From assembly GCA_039028155.1 (NCBI GenBank), contig JBCCIS010000003.1:25904-89903 (forward strand): a stretch of DNA of 64,000 nt. Reading direction: 5' to 3'. This document shows positions 48,027 to 57,660 of this stretch, piece by piece (the stretch's first letter is position 1; every line of letters starts with the position of its first letter). The notes beneath the pieces were generated by a model that saw only the letters and a program-made list of their open reading frames with translations, was not told the DNA's origin and did no database searches. Position numbers and translations under genes: made by a program. Origin of the DNA: Pseudomonadota bacterium. Lineage in GTDB: Bacteria; Pseudomonadota; Alphaproteobacteria; SP197.

Positions 48027-49439
48027 CTAGACCGCGTTCGTCCCTTCGTTCCAGCTTTGCAGCTTGCGGTAGACGGTCGACGGACTGATCTCCAGCAGCG
48101 CGGCGGCGCGTGGCACGTTGCCCTCGCTTAGACGCAGAGCTGCTTCGATCGCCTCGCGTTCGACCTCGTGCAGCGGACGGATATCGACGTCCGTCAAATC
48201 ACCAGGTGCGGCATCGGCCCTGCGTTTGCGCAAGGGATCGTTGGCCGGCTGCGGCAGCCCGGCCGAGCCGTCCAGTGGAGGCGGCAGCATCTCGCGCGTC
48301 ACGACCTCGCCGGTGTTCAAGACTACCACGTTACGGATGATGTTCTGCAATTCCCTGACATTGCCCGGCCATGAATAGGCACGGAAGAGATCGCGCACGC
48401 TGGCGTCCAACCGCGCGAACGGTTTGCTTTCCTGGCGCGCGAACTCACGCAGGAAGTTTTCGGCAATGTCGATGACGTCGTCGTCACGCCGGTTGAGCGG
48501 CGGCAGGTGAATCGGAATGACATGCAGGCGGTAATAGAGGTCGGCGCGGAACCGGCCGCTCTCGACCTCCTTCAAGGGATTGCGGTTGGTCGCGCAGACA
48601 AAACGCACATCGACCCGCTCCGACCGGCTTGAGCCGACCTGCTGGAACGTTCCGGTTTGCACGAAACGCAACAGCTTGGCCTGCAGCGCCGGCGCCATGT
48701 CGCAGATCTCGTCCAGGAACAGCGTGCCGCCATCGGTCAAGGTCGCCGCGCCGTCGCGATTGGAAACCGCGCCCGTAAACGCGCCTTTCACATGGCCGAA
48801 CAGCTCGCTCTCCAGAAGGTCGCGCGGTATTGCCGCGCAATTGAGCGCCATGAACGGCCCGTCGGAGCGCTCACTTAGATGGTGAATCGCCTCGGCGCAC
48901 AGCTCCTTGCCGGTGCCGCTCTCACCGGTAATGAAGATCGATGCCTGACTGGGCGCGGCGCTTTGAATGGTCGCGTAGACGCTTTGCATCTCCATCGACG
49001 AACCGATGAAGCCGGCGAAGGAGCTGTGTCGTGTCTCGCTCGTCATGCCGTCGACCAGACGCTGCAGTTCGCGCCGCTCCAGCGCGTTGCGCAACGTGAC
49101 GATCAGGCGTTCTTGGCTGAACGGTTTGACCAGGAAATCGTACGCGCCGTCGCGCATCGCCTCGACCGCCGCGCTGACCGAGCCGTGGGCGGTGATGATG
49201 ACGACGGGGCACGGCAACTGGCGTTGCTTGATCCAGCGCAAGATTTCCAAGCCATCGATGTCGGGCAGTCTGAGATCGAGAAGGACCGCGTCCGGCGCCT
49301 GTTTGTCGATTGACGAAAACGCCGCCTCGCCGGTTTCGACGTGTTCAACGGAGACGGGCTCGAAGCGCAAGTACTCCTTGTAGACACGCGCCAAGGGTGG
49401 CGTGTCTTCGACCAGAAGCACTGTCTGCTGACGGTTCAT
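48027..49439 (-). CDS. Sigma-54-dependent response regulator (NtrC/PilR family: REC + AAA+ + Fis HTH)
   Basis: Receiver domain ([14 protein letters not shown]...[16 protein letters not shown]). GESGTGKE Walker A. The GAFTGA sigma54-contact motif. C-terminal HTH. RBS GGAGG before the ATG at 49439. Confidence 0.9.
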   Translation of the reverse strand: MNRQQTVLLVEDTPPLARVYKEYLRFEPVSVEHVETGEAAFSSIDKQAPDAVLLDLRLPDIDGLEILRWIKQRQLPCPVVIITAHGSVSAAVEAMRDGAYDFLVKPFSQERLIVTLRNALERRELQRLVDGMTSETRHSSFAGFIGSSMEMQSVYATIQSAAPSQASIFITGESGTGKELCAEAIHHLSERSDGPFMALNCAAIPRDLLESELFGHVKGAFTGAVSNRDGAATLTDGGTLFLDEICDMAPALQAKLLRFVQTGTFQQVGSSRSERVDVRFVCATNRNPLKEVESGRFRADLYYRLHVIPIHLPPLNRRDDDVIDIAENFLREFARQESKPFARLDASVRDLFRAYSWPGNVRELQNIIRNVVVLNTGEVVTREMLPPPLDGSAGLPQPANDPLRKRRADAAPGDLTDVDIRPLHEVEREAIEAALRLSEGNVPRAAALLEISPSTVYRKLQSWNEGTNAV

Positions 49440-49645
49440 AGCCCTCCTCACGAACCGTAGTCCCGCTGCGTCTTAAACTAGAGCAGATTGGACATGTGTT
49501 CAATCTTTTGGACCCCGCGTAGGACGCCCATCGACTCTACGTATCATCAGTAATCATGGATTTGGCGACGAACATACAAATCGTGGCAACTCCGCCGGAG
49601 GACGTCGTCCAACAGCAGTTTTCCTTGTCGTCTCAACGCTTTATC

Positions 49646-50191
49646 ATGCTAGGCTTGGACGACGACGAACTCATGAAGCTGGCCGGCGAAGGTGACCGCG
49701 AAGCCTTTGCCGGGCTGGTCGAAAGGCACCTGGACCGTTGCGTGACGATCGCGCGGCGCAGCCTGGGTGGTGCCCAGAGCGAAGCCGAAGACGTCGCCCA
49801 GGACGCCATGATGCGTTTGTGGCGGCACGCACCGCGCTGGGAATCGGGCCGCGCCCGGGTATCGACCTGGCTCTACCGCGTGGTCGTCAATCTTTGCATC
49901 GACCATGCGCGCAAGAACAAACGCTATGGGGGCGAGGTGCCCGAGGATACCGTCGATGAGGCGCCAAGCGCCTTCGACGGGCTGGCGGCCAAGGGGGTGT
50001 CCGACGCGGTCCAGGATGCCATCCAGGAACTGCCGGAACGACAGAAGACGGCGCTCGTCTTGTGCTTCTATGAAGGCATGAGCAACGCGGAAGCGGCGAG
50101 CGTGATGGAATTGACTGTAGGAGCGGTTGAGCAATTATTGGTCCGGGCCAGGCGCAGCCTGCGCGTCAGTTTGGCCGGCCTTCGCGAGTAA
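49646..50191 (+). CDS. ECF-type RNA polymerase sigma-70 factor
   Basis: Region 2 (AEDVAQDAMMRLWRHAPRW...STWLYRVVVNLCIDHAR) and region 4 (MSNAEAASVMELTVGAVEQLLVRARRSL). Start inferred at the internal ATG (MLGLDDDELMKL). Confidence 0.75.
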   Translation: MLGLDDDELMKLAGEGDREAFAGLVERHLDRCVTIARRSLGGAQSEAEDVAQDAMMRLWRHAPRWESGRARVSTWLYRVVVNLCIDHARKNKRYGGEVPEDTVDEAPSAFDGLAAKGVSDAVQDAIQELPERQKTALVLCFYEGMSNAEAASVMELTVGAVEQLLVRARRSLRVSLAGLRE

Positions 50192-50202
50192 CGGAAACAA
50201 CA

Positions 50203-50502
50203 ATGAACGAGACAAACAACATCCATGGTCTGTTGAGCGAGCGCGAGCTCGACCGGGCGCTGAACGCCTGGCGAGTGGAAGGCGCCAGCGACGGTTTGGC
50301 CGAACGCATCGCGGCTGACATCGATATGATGGAGCAGACCGAAAACCCGCGCATCGTCACCCCGCTGCTGAAGACCGCCGCGGCGCTTCTATTCGCCGCC
50401 GGCCTCGGCATCTTCGTCGGCCTGATGGAAGACAACCCCTCGACCGTCGACCTGACCGACTTCGTGTTCGGCCAGCACGCCGAAGACGGATTGACGCTAT
50501 GA
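50203..50502 (+). CDS. Putative anti-sigma factor (small single-TM protein)
   Basis: Lies immediately downstream of the ECF sigma gene. One TM (AAALLFAAGLGIFVGL). ATGA-coupled to the next gene. Confidence 0.45.
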   Translation: MNETNNIHGLLSERELDRALNAWRVEGASDGLAERIAADIDMMEQTENPRIVTPLLKTAAALLFAAGLGIFVGLMEDNPSTVDLTDFVFGQHAEDGLTL

Positions 50503-50939
50503 ACGGGTTGGGGCGATGGACAAAGGTCCTGGGCGTCGTGCTCGTCGTGTCGCTGGCGTTCAACTTTTTCCTGATCGGCTGGATGGGCGCGCGATGGGTC
50601 TATGACCAGCACATGGGCCCGAAGTTCTCCGTGACGCGCCTGGTGCACGACCTGCCCGACGAGCAGCGCGAAGCCGTCTTGGCGGTTTTCGAGAACAACC
50701 GCGACAAGGTCCACGAAGCCATGGACAGCCTGCGCGACGCCCGTCACGCGGTATCGGACGTCATGCTGGCGGAGCCGTTCGATGCGGAAGCCGCCGCGGC
50801 CGCGCTCGCCGAACTCAGACGCCAAAGCACCACCATGCAGGAGACCATGCACGCCGCGCTTCTGGAGGCGGCGGTCAACCTGCCGCCTGAAACCCGCGTC
50901 GACCTCGGCCGCTTTGCCACCATGCCCCGCGCGCGGTAG
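50499..50939 (+). CDS. Periplasmic helical protein, Spy/CpxP (LTXXQ)-like, putative
   Basis: Signal-anchor followed by a helical region with LxDEQ/LPPETR motifs. Co-operonic with the ECF sigma and anti-sigma genes. Confidence 0.4.
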   Translation: MNGLGRWTKVLGVVLVVSLAFNFFLIGWMGARWVYDQHMGPKFSVTRLVHDLPDEQREAVLAVFENNRDKVHEAMDSLRDARHAVSDVMLAEPFDAEAAAAALAELRRQSTTMQETMHAALLEAAVNLPPETRVDLGRFATMPRAR

Positions 50940-50973
50940 GACGGCTTCGTACGCTTGCCAAAGCAGGTCGAAG

Positions 50974-51597
50974 ATCAAACGGCTCGCACACTACTTTGTC
51001 ACCGATATCGAGAGCGACGGGCCTTCGCCCCTAGACAACTCGATGCTCAGCTTCGCGACCGTCGTCGTGCGCGAAGATGGTGAGATTTGCGGCACGTTCG
51101 AAGCAGTCCTCGAGCCCCGACCTGATAAACAGCCGAATCACCAGACCATGACCTTCTGGCGGTCTCAGCCGGAAGCGTGGAAAGCCGCAACAGCGGATCC
51201 GCAGCCGCCGCGGGAGGTCATGACAGCATTTGCCGACTGGGTTGAGAGCTTTGATGGTCCGCGCTCGTTTGCAGCACGGCCTCTCGCCTTTGACGGAAGC
51301 TGGATCGATGCCTACCTGCGGGAGTACACCGACACCTACCTCCTAGACGTTCCCTATTGGGGACGATGCATCTTCACGTCGGGTGCACTCGATATTGGCT
51401 CCTACATCTCCGGCGTTTTCAATCGAACCGATCCCCACGGCGACATCGACATTCCGAAGGCATGGCTTGGTGAACACGAACACACCCATCGTGCCATCGA
51501 TGACGCGCGCGGATACGCCGCGCTTCTTAGTCGCCTGCTGCGGGTTGCGTCACGCCAACCATCCCACCCCGACGACTTCCTTCCTGACCGTCGCTAA
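50974..51597 (+). CDS. DEDDh 3'-5' exonuclease (DnaQ/RNase T-like); start codon uncertain
   Basis: Exo I FVTDIESDG, Exo II FDGSWIDAYL, Exo III HRAIDDARGYAALL. No ATG or GTG lies between the upstream stop and Exo I. The candidates are an in-frame ATC at 50974 (KIKRLAHYF) or a TTG at 50914. Confidence 0.55.
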   Translation: MKRLAHYFVTDIESDGPSPLDNSMLSFATVVVREDGEICGTFEAVLEPRPDKQPNHQTMTFWRSQPEAWKAATADPQPPREVMTAFADWVESFDGPRSFAARPLAFDGSWIDAYLREYTDTYLLDVPYWGRCIFTSGALDIGSYISGVFNRTDPHGDIDIPKAWLGEHEHTHRAIDDARGYAALLSRLLRVASRQPSHPDDFLPDRR

Positions 51598-51617
51598 TCG
51601 GGTGAGTCCTTGACTGG

Positions 51618-52271
51618 TCAGTGATGCACCGCTTCGATGATGCCGAAGCGGCCGAGGCCGGCGACGACCATTTCGACGGCGAGCGCGATCAACAGGATGC
51701 CGAAGACGACCTCCGAGATGACCAGCGTTGTCGGTTTGAGCCGCTTCGAGAGTTTGTCGATATTGCTGAAGATCAGGTAGTCGAACCCGGCAATCACGAT
51801 AATGACGGCAAGGACAACCAGCACCGCCCAGATCGAGCCGACCTCGCCGGACGCGATGATCAAGACCGCGATGCCGACCGGATTGAGCAGATAGGGTATG
51901 GCCAGCGGGTAGACCGCCATGCTGTTGATATCAGTCGGCTCGTCCTCGGCCCCTTCTTCCTTTTTCTTGCCGGGTCCAGCGAACATGCCGAGCGCCAGGA
52001 TCAACAGAATGATTCCGCCCGCGATGCTGATGGCGCCGCCGGAAATGTGCAGAAGCCGCATCAGCAACGCGCCGCATGCAAACAGCACGATCGCCGTGAT
52101 GAAGGCCGTCTTGACCATCTTGACGCCGACTTCACGCTGCTGGTGCGCCTCAAGATGTTTGGTTTTCTCTAGAAACGGAACCAGCGCGATTTTCGGTCCC
52201 ATGCCGATGAGCATCAGGACCAAAAGGTTCACGACCATAGGAACACTAACGACAGAAAGATCCACGGGCAC
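51618..52271 (-). CDS. MarC family (UPF0056) integral membrane protein
   Basis: Six TM helices with an N-terminal GMGPKIALVPFL motif. RBS GGAGGGGG before the ATG. Confidence 0.6.
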   Translation of the reverse strand: MPVDLSVVSVPMVVNLLVLMLIGMGPKIALVPFLEKTKHLEAHQQREVGVKMVKTAFITAIVLFACGALLMRLLHISGGAISIAGGIILLILALGMFAGPGKKKEEGAEDEPTDINSMAVYPLAIPYLLNPVGIAVLIIASGEVGSIWAVLVVLAVIIVIAGFDYLIFSNIDKLSKRLKPTTLVISEVVFGILLIALAVEMVVAGLGRFGIIEAVHH

Positions 52272-52402
52272 CCCCTCCCCTTTGACAGCAGCCTAGAGCA
52301 GATTGTGTCTGGATGGAATCGCTTGACTGTTTGATCCAACCCTGAGGCGCCCGGCGGCGGATACGCAACCAGCGGTTAGCCATCGGTATGGGCCAATGAT
52401 GA

Positions 52403-53281
52403 CTAGTCGTCGCGCAGCAAGCGTAGGTAGCTGTCGTAACGCGCCGGCGGAATCTCGCCCGCCTCAGCGGCCTCACGAACGGCGCAACCGGGTTCGTGAT
52501 CGTGTGTGCAGTCGCGGAACCGGCATGCGGGGATCAAGTCGAGGAACTCCGGGAAGTATCCGGCCAGCTCCTGCGGGCTGATGCCGGTCATGGCGAGCGA
52601 GCGTACGCCAGGCGTATCGACGACGCCGGTTTCGTCGTCCAGCCAGTGCAAGGTCGCGACGGACGTCGTGTGACGCCCCTGCCCGCGCTTGCCGCCGACC
52701 TCCGCCGTCTCGGCCGCCGCCTCACCGACCAGGGCATTGACCAGCGACGACTTGCCGACACCGCTGTGGCCGGCGAAGACCACCAGCTTGCCGTCGATCA
52801 GGCGCCTTAACTCATCCAAGCCGCGATGGGTCTTGGCTGACACCTCGACGATCGGCAGGCCGAGATCGCGGTAGATCGAGAGATCGGGCAGATCGTCGGT
52901 CAGATCCGCCTTGTTGACGGCAACCGCCGCGTCGATGCCGCCGTATTGGCAGAGCACGAGGTAGCGGTCGATCAGGCGGGGGTGAAACGGCGGACGTTTG
53001 GCGGCGACGACGATGACGGCGAGATCGATGTTGGCGGCCAGCACGTGCTCCTCCGCACCCGCGTCGGAACGGCGCGTCCGGTCATGGCGCAACCGTGCCA
53101 GACGATTTTGGCGCGGCGCGGCGTCGACCACCACCGGTCGGCCGCGCGGCCCATCCTCGTCGACCACGACGCGGTCGCCGATCACCGGAAAGAACGGCGC
53201 ATCCGGCGAGACGGCACAGCGCCTGATGTCACCCGACGGTTCCTCCACGCTGACGAGTTCGCCATGCACCTCGACCACCAT
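52403..53281 (-). CDS. rsgA: Ribosome small-subunit-dependent GTPase A (RsgA/YjeQ)
   Basis: Circularly permuted GTPase: NKADL precedes GHSGVGKSSL, then DTPG. C-terminal zinc knuckle CRFRDCTHDHEPGC. Start at the internal ATG (MVVEVHGELV). The track ORF has a 109-aa spurious extension. Confidence 0.8.
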   Translation of the reverse strand: MVVEVHGELVSVEEPSGDIRRCAVSPDAPFFPVIGDRVVVDEDGPRGRPVVVDAAPRQNRLARLRHDRTRRSDAGAEEHVLAANIDLAVIVVAAKRPPFHPRLIDRYLVLCQYGGIDAAVAVNKADLTDDLPDLSIYRDLGLPIVEVSAKTHRGLDELRRLIDGKLVVFAGHSGVGKSSLVNALVGEAAAETAEVGGKRGQGRHTTSVATLHWLDDETGVVDTPGVRSLAMTGISPQELAGYFPEFLDLIPACRFRDCTHDHEPGCAVREAAEAGEIPPARYDSYLRLLRDD

Positions 53282-53319
53282 GGGCCAGTCAGTGTGTGGT
53301 GTCGGGCGCACGGACGCTG

Positions 53320-54531
53320 TCACGTTCCCGGCGCACGGCGCGCCAGAATGAGCAGCGCGGCGGCCAGCATGCCCAGGCCAACGGCACAAACGACCGCCGC
53401 CAACGGCACCGGCGTACCAGTACCCAACGCGCCGACTGCCAGGCTCGCGCCTGCCCAGCCGCCGAACTGCAGGAAGCCCAGCAAGGCCGATGCCAGACCG
53501 GCATCGTCCGCATAGCGGTTGATGGCTTCGGCCATGGCGTTGGGCATCGAAAGGCCCATGCCGACAAAGTAAAAGGCCATGGGCGCCAGGATAGACAAGA
53601 CCGACCAAAACCCCAGCGCCATCGTGATGATCAAGACAATGCCGCTAAGCGCCGACAAGGCGGAGCCAATCGCAATCATGACGGTGACCGAATAGACGCG
53701 GCCCGTCAGACGCGTCGCAATGGCGCTGCCCAAGGCGAAACTGCCGACATTCAGCATGGAGAACATGCCGAAGACCTGGGGCGATACGTCGAGTAGGCGG
53801 ATAAAGACGAATGGCGCCCCGGCGATGTAGCCACCCAGGCCCGCCATACCAAAACCGACCACCAGCGCCGGCGCCAGAAACCGGCTGTCCCGCAACAAGG
53901 AAAAGTACCGCGCGACAATCGAGGTGATCTGCGCGCGCCGCCGGCGATCCCGGGGCAGCGTCTCGTCGAGCGACAGGTAGACGAATACAATGCTCAACAG
54001 CCCGAGCGCGGTCAGGACGCCGAACACAGTACGCCAACCAAACCAGGTCGCGATAAAGCCGCCGGCGGTCGGCCCGAAGGCCGGCGCCAACGCCATGACC
54101 ATGCCGATGGCGGCCAGCACGCGCGCGGACTCCGCTCCCTCATAGCGATCGCGCACGATGGCGCGGCTCAAGGTCGGCGCGACGCAGGCGCCGAAGGCCT
54201 GGACGATGCGCGCGGCGATCAGGATCTCGACCGTTGGCGCGATCATGCAGACCAGACTTGCCACGCTGAAGACGATCAGGCCCGCGTGCAGCACCGGCAG
54301 ACGTCCGTAGCGATCGGATAACGGCCCGACGATCAACTGCACGACCGCGAAGATCAGAATGAAAAGCGTGAACGTCAGCTGGACCTGGGCGTCGGGCACA
54401 CCATAGTCGTCGGCGATTGCCGGCAGCGACGGCAGGTAGAGGCTCAGCGCCAACTGACCGATACCGGTCAGATAGGCCATCAGCAGGATCAGGCCGGTGC
54501 CGCCTGCCCGTCCGTTACCCGCCACGCTCAT
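53320..54531 (-). CDS. MFS transporter, Bcr/CflA drug-resistance subfamily
   Basis: Twelve TM helices and the GPLSDRYGR motif (MFS signature A region). Confidence 0.8.
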   Translation of the reverse strand: MSVAGNGRAGGTGLILLMAYLTGIGQLALSLYLPSLPAIADDYGVPDAQVQLTFTLFILIFAVVQLIVGPLSDRYGRLPVLHAGLIVFSVASLVCMIAPTVEILIAARIVQAFGACVAPTLSRAIVRDRYEGAESARVLAAIGMVMALAPAFGPTAGGFIATWFGWRTVFGVLTALGLLSIVFVYLSLDETLPRDRRRRAQITSIVARYFSLLRDSRFLAPALVVGFGMAGLGGYIAGAPFVFIRLLDVSPQVFGMFSMLNVGSFALGSAIATRLTGRVYSVTVMIAIGSALSALSGIVLIITMALGFWSVLSILAPMAFYFVGMGLSMPNAMAEAINRYADDAGLASALLGFLQFGGWAGASLAVGALGTGTPVPLAAVVCAVGLGMLAAALLILARRAPGT

Positions 54532-54568
54532 GCGTGCATCGCGCGCGGCCTCAGCGGGTGAACGACCC

Positions 54569-56272
54569 TCATCGTGTCAATGGTTTGTACTTGATGCGAT
54601 GGGGCTGGTCGGCCTCCGCGCCCAGGCGCCGGCGCCGGTCTTCCTCATAGGCTTCGTAGTTGCCCTGGAACCACTCGACATGGCTGTCGCCCTCGAAAGC
54701 CAGGATGTGGGTCGCGATGCGGTCCAGGAACCAGCGATCATGGCTGATGACGATGGCGCAGCCGGCAAACTCGGCTAGCCCGTCTTCCAGCGCGCGCAGC
54801 GTGTCGACATCCAGATCGTTCGACGGTTCGTCCAGCATCAACAGGTTCGCGCCCGACGTCAGCACCTTCGCCAAGTGCACGCGGTTGCGCTCACCACCGG
54901 ACAGCTGGCCGACTTTCTTCTGCTGGTCGGCGCCGCGAAAACCGAACGCGCCGACATAGGCCCGGCTCGGCACCTCGCGCTTGCCCATCTGGATCGTGTC
55001 GGCGCCACCAGAAATCTCTTCCCACACATTGGCGTCGGCCTTCAGATCGGCCCGCGATTGATCGACATAACCCAGCTTCACCGTGTCGCCGATGCGCAGG
55101 GCGCCGCTGTCCGGCGTCTCCTGTTCGGCGATCATGCGGAACAGGGTCGTCTTGCCGGCGCCGTTCGGCCCGACCACGCCGACAATGCCGGCCGGCGGCA
55201 GCTTGAACGACAGGTCGTCGATCAGGAACTTGTCGCCGAACGCCTTGTTCAAATGATCGGCCTCGATCACCAGATCGCCCAGGCGCGGGCCGGGCGGAAT
55301 GACGATGCGACCGCGCGACGGACCTTCGTCGCGCTGCTGGCTTTCGGCGAGCAGATTCTCATAGGCGTTCAGACGCGCCTGGCCCTTGGCCTGGCGGGCG
55401 CGCGGGCTTTCGCGCACCCATTCCAGTTCGCGCTGCAGCACGCGGCGGCGCGCCGCCTCCTCGCGGCCTTCCTGCTCCAAGCGTTTCTGCTTCTGATCGA
55501 GCCAGCCGGAATAGTTGCCTTCATAGGGAATGCCCTGGCCGCGATCCAGTTCCAGGATCCAGCCGGCGACATTGTCCAGGAAGTAGCGGTCATGGGTGAC
55601 GGCGACGACCGTACCCTCGTAGTCCTCCAGGTGGCGCTCCAGCCAGGCGACGGACTCGGCGTCCAGATGGTTGGTCGGCTCGTCCAGCAGCAGAAGATCG
55701 GGTTTCTGCAGCAACAGTCGGCACAGCGCGACGCGGCGCCGCTCGCCGCCGGACAGATTGGTCACGGCCGCGTCGCCCGGCGGCAGGCGCAGCGCGTCCA
55801 TGGCGATTTCCAGCGTGCGCTCGAGATCCCACCCGTTGACCGCGTCGATCTGCTCCTGCAGTTCGCCCTGCTCCTCGATCAGCGCCGCCATCTCGTCGTC
55901 GTCCATCGGCTCGGCGAACTTCAGCGCCACTTCGTTGAACCGATCCAGCAGCGCCTTGGTCTCGGCCATTGCCTCCATGACGTTACCCATGACGTCCTTG
56001 GAGTCATCAAGCTCCGGTTCCTGGGGCAGATAGCCGACCTTGACGCCCTCGGCGGCCCAGGCCTCACCGTTGAACTCGGTCTCGATGCCGGCCATGACCT
56101 TCATCAGGGTCGACTTGCCGGCGCCGTTGGGGCCGAGGACACCGATCTTCGCACCCGGCAGGAAACTCAGCCAGATGTCCTTCAACACCTCGCGCCCACC
56201 GGGATAGGTCTTCGTGAGACCCTTCATGACATAAACGTATTGATAAGCCGCCAAGGCGCGCTCCTGCTTCAA
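54569..56272 (-). CDS. ettA: ABC-F ATPase EttA (energy-dependent translational throttle)
   Basis: Collinear with EttA throughout ([15 protein letters not shown]...[20 protein letters not shown]...; two ABC cassettes; C-terminal [10 protein letters not shown]). The outermost codon is TTG. A second in-frame TTG at 56254 gives an EttA-like [10 protein letters not shown] start. Confidence 0.85.
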   Translation of the reverse strand: MKQERALAAYQYVYVMKGLTKTYPGGREVLKDIWLSFLPGAKIGVLGPNGAGKSTLMKVMAGIETEFNGEAWAAEGVKVGYLPQEPELDDSKDVMGNVMEAMAETKALLDRFNEVALKFAEPMDDDEMAALIEEQGELQEQIDAVNGWDLERTLEIAMDALRLPPGDAAVTNLSGGERRRVALCRLLLQKPDLLLLDEPTNHLDAESVAWLERHLEDYEGTVVAVTHDRYFLDNVAGWILELDRGQGIPYEGNYSGWLDQKQKRLEQEGREEAARRRVLQRELEWVRESPRARQAKGQARLNAYENLLAESQQRDEGPSRGRIVIPPGPRLGDLVIEADHLNKAFGDKFLIDDLSFKLPPAGIVGVVGPNGAGKTTLFRMIAEQETPDSGALRIGDTVKLGYVDQSRADLKADANVWEEISGGADTIQMGKREVPSRAYVGAFGFRGADQQKKVGQLSGGERNRVHLAKVLTSGANLLMLDEPSNDLDVDTLRALEDGLAEFAGCAIVISHDRWFLDRIATHILAFEGDSHVEWFQGNYEAYEEDRRRRLGAEADQPHRIKYKPLTR

Positions 56273-56479
56273 CGATGTGTTTGTGTGTGGTGCGGCTCAG
56301 GCCGCGCGCGCCTTTTACCCCAAAGTCGCGGAGAAGCGGAAGCCCAACGTGAACACCCTGCGTTCGCGCTCGGCGGCCTCTGGCGACGCGCTCGGCGCCG
56401 AGTTAGCGGTTGCCGGTCAACGACAGGACACCGTAAGCTTGACACCGCCGGTAGCGAGGTGGGGGAGCCTGTGCAACGT

Positions 56480-57607
56480 ATGTGGGGTATCAGTCCGCGT
56501 CGCCTGTCGATCCTTCCTCTGTTGCTGGTACTGGCCGCCGGGTGTGACGATCAGGAGTCCGAGGCCAAGACCGCGGAGCCGCCAAAGGTTATCGTAACTG
56601 AGGCAATCCTGGAGACGGTGCCGCTCTATCTTGAGCTGACCGGTCGCACGGAAGCATCCATCACCGTTGAGATTCAGGCGCTGGTCGACGGCCATATCGA
56701 AACACGCAACTTTGTCGAAGGCAGCGATGTCGCCAGGGGCGACACACTGTTCGTCATCGATCAAAGACCCTACGAACTCGAGCTCGAGCAGTTGCTTGGC
56801 CAGCAAGCCAAGGACAGCGGCAGTCTGGCGTTCGCGAACAAGCAGCTGCAACGCATGACGGAACTGGCGCAGGACGGCACGGTCGCGCCGGAACGTGTTG
56901 ATCAGGCGACCGCTACCGCCCAGGAGGCGCAAGGCACCTACGACAGCAGCGCGGCCGCGGTAGCGAACGCGCAACTCAATCTGGCGTTCACCACCGTCCA
57001 GGCGCCGATCGACGGTCGCGTCGGCAGGATCTTGCAAGACGTCGGCAATGTCGTCACCGGCGGCGAGACCGTCCTGGCGGAGCTGGTGCAGATGGATCCG
57101 ATGTATATCTATCTCAGCCTCAGCGAAGCCCAGTACCTGAGCTTTCGCGAGCACCGGGACATCTACGATGATCTGCCGGTAACGATCGAACTGTTGGACG
57201 GCACGAAACACCCGCACATGGCGCTTCTCGACTTCGTCGACCCCGGCTTCAATCCGTTGACGGGCACGATCGCCTTCCGCGCGGCGTTTCCCAATCCCGA
57301 CGACACGATGCGGCCGGGGCAGTATGCCGTCGTCCGTATCGAATTGGCCGAACAGCCCGACCAGGTGACGGTGCCGGCCGAAGCGGTCGGCCAGGATCAG
57401 GCGGGCTTCTACGTCTTTGTTGTCGATGAAGAAGACAAAGCCCAGATGCGGCGGGTCAAGATAGGACGCCTCTATGAGGGCCGGCGCATCATCGAAGAGG
57501 GCCTCGAGGCCGGCGAGACCGTCATCGTAAAAGGCCTGCAGAAGGTTAGATCCGGCACGACGGTGCGGATAGAACGAGACCAACCCTCAGAACCCGTCGA
57601 GGGCTGA
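56480..57607 (+). CDS. RND efflux membrane fusion protein (periplasmic adaptor), lipoprotein
   Basis: Lipobox LVLAAGC, biotinyl-lipoyl-like and beta-barrel domains (AcrA-like). RBS GGGGGAG. The track fuses it into a 910-aa read-through ORF. Confidence 0.8.
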   Translation: MWGISPRRLSILPLLLVLAAGCDDQESEAKTAEPPKVIVTEAILETVPLYLELTGRTEASITVEIQALVDGHIETRNFVEGSDVARGDTLFVIDQRPYELELEQLLGQQAKDSGSLAFANKQLQRMTELAQDGTVAPERVDQATATAQEAQGTYDSSAAAVANAQLNLAFTTVQAPIDGRVGRILQDVGNVVTGGETVLAELVQMDPMYIYLSLSEAQYLSFREHRDIYDDLPVTIELLDGTKHPHMALLDFVDPGFNPLTGTIAFRAAFPNPDDTMRPGQYAVVRIELAEQPDQVTVPAEAVGQDQAGFYVFVVDEEDKAQMRRVKIGRLYEGRRIIEEGLEAGETVIVKGLQKVRSGTTVRIERDQPSEPVEG

Positions 57608-57660
57608 ATGCCCCTTCGCCAGCGACAGCCATGTGTGACCGGCCTATCTGATGGCGTGTC

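Noticed and set aside
54875-57607. 910-aa plus-strand ORF
   Set aside because: The first ~1600 nt run antisense to EttA and across the intergenic region. Only the C-terminal 375 aa, starting at the RBS-preceded ATG at 56480, form the real membrane fusion protein gene.
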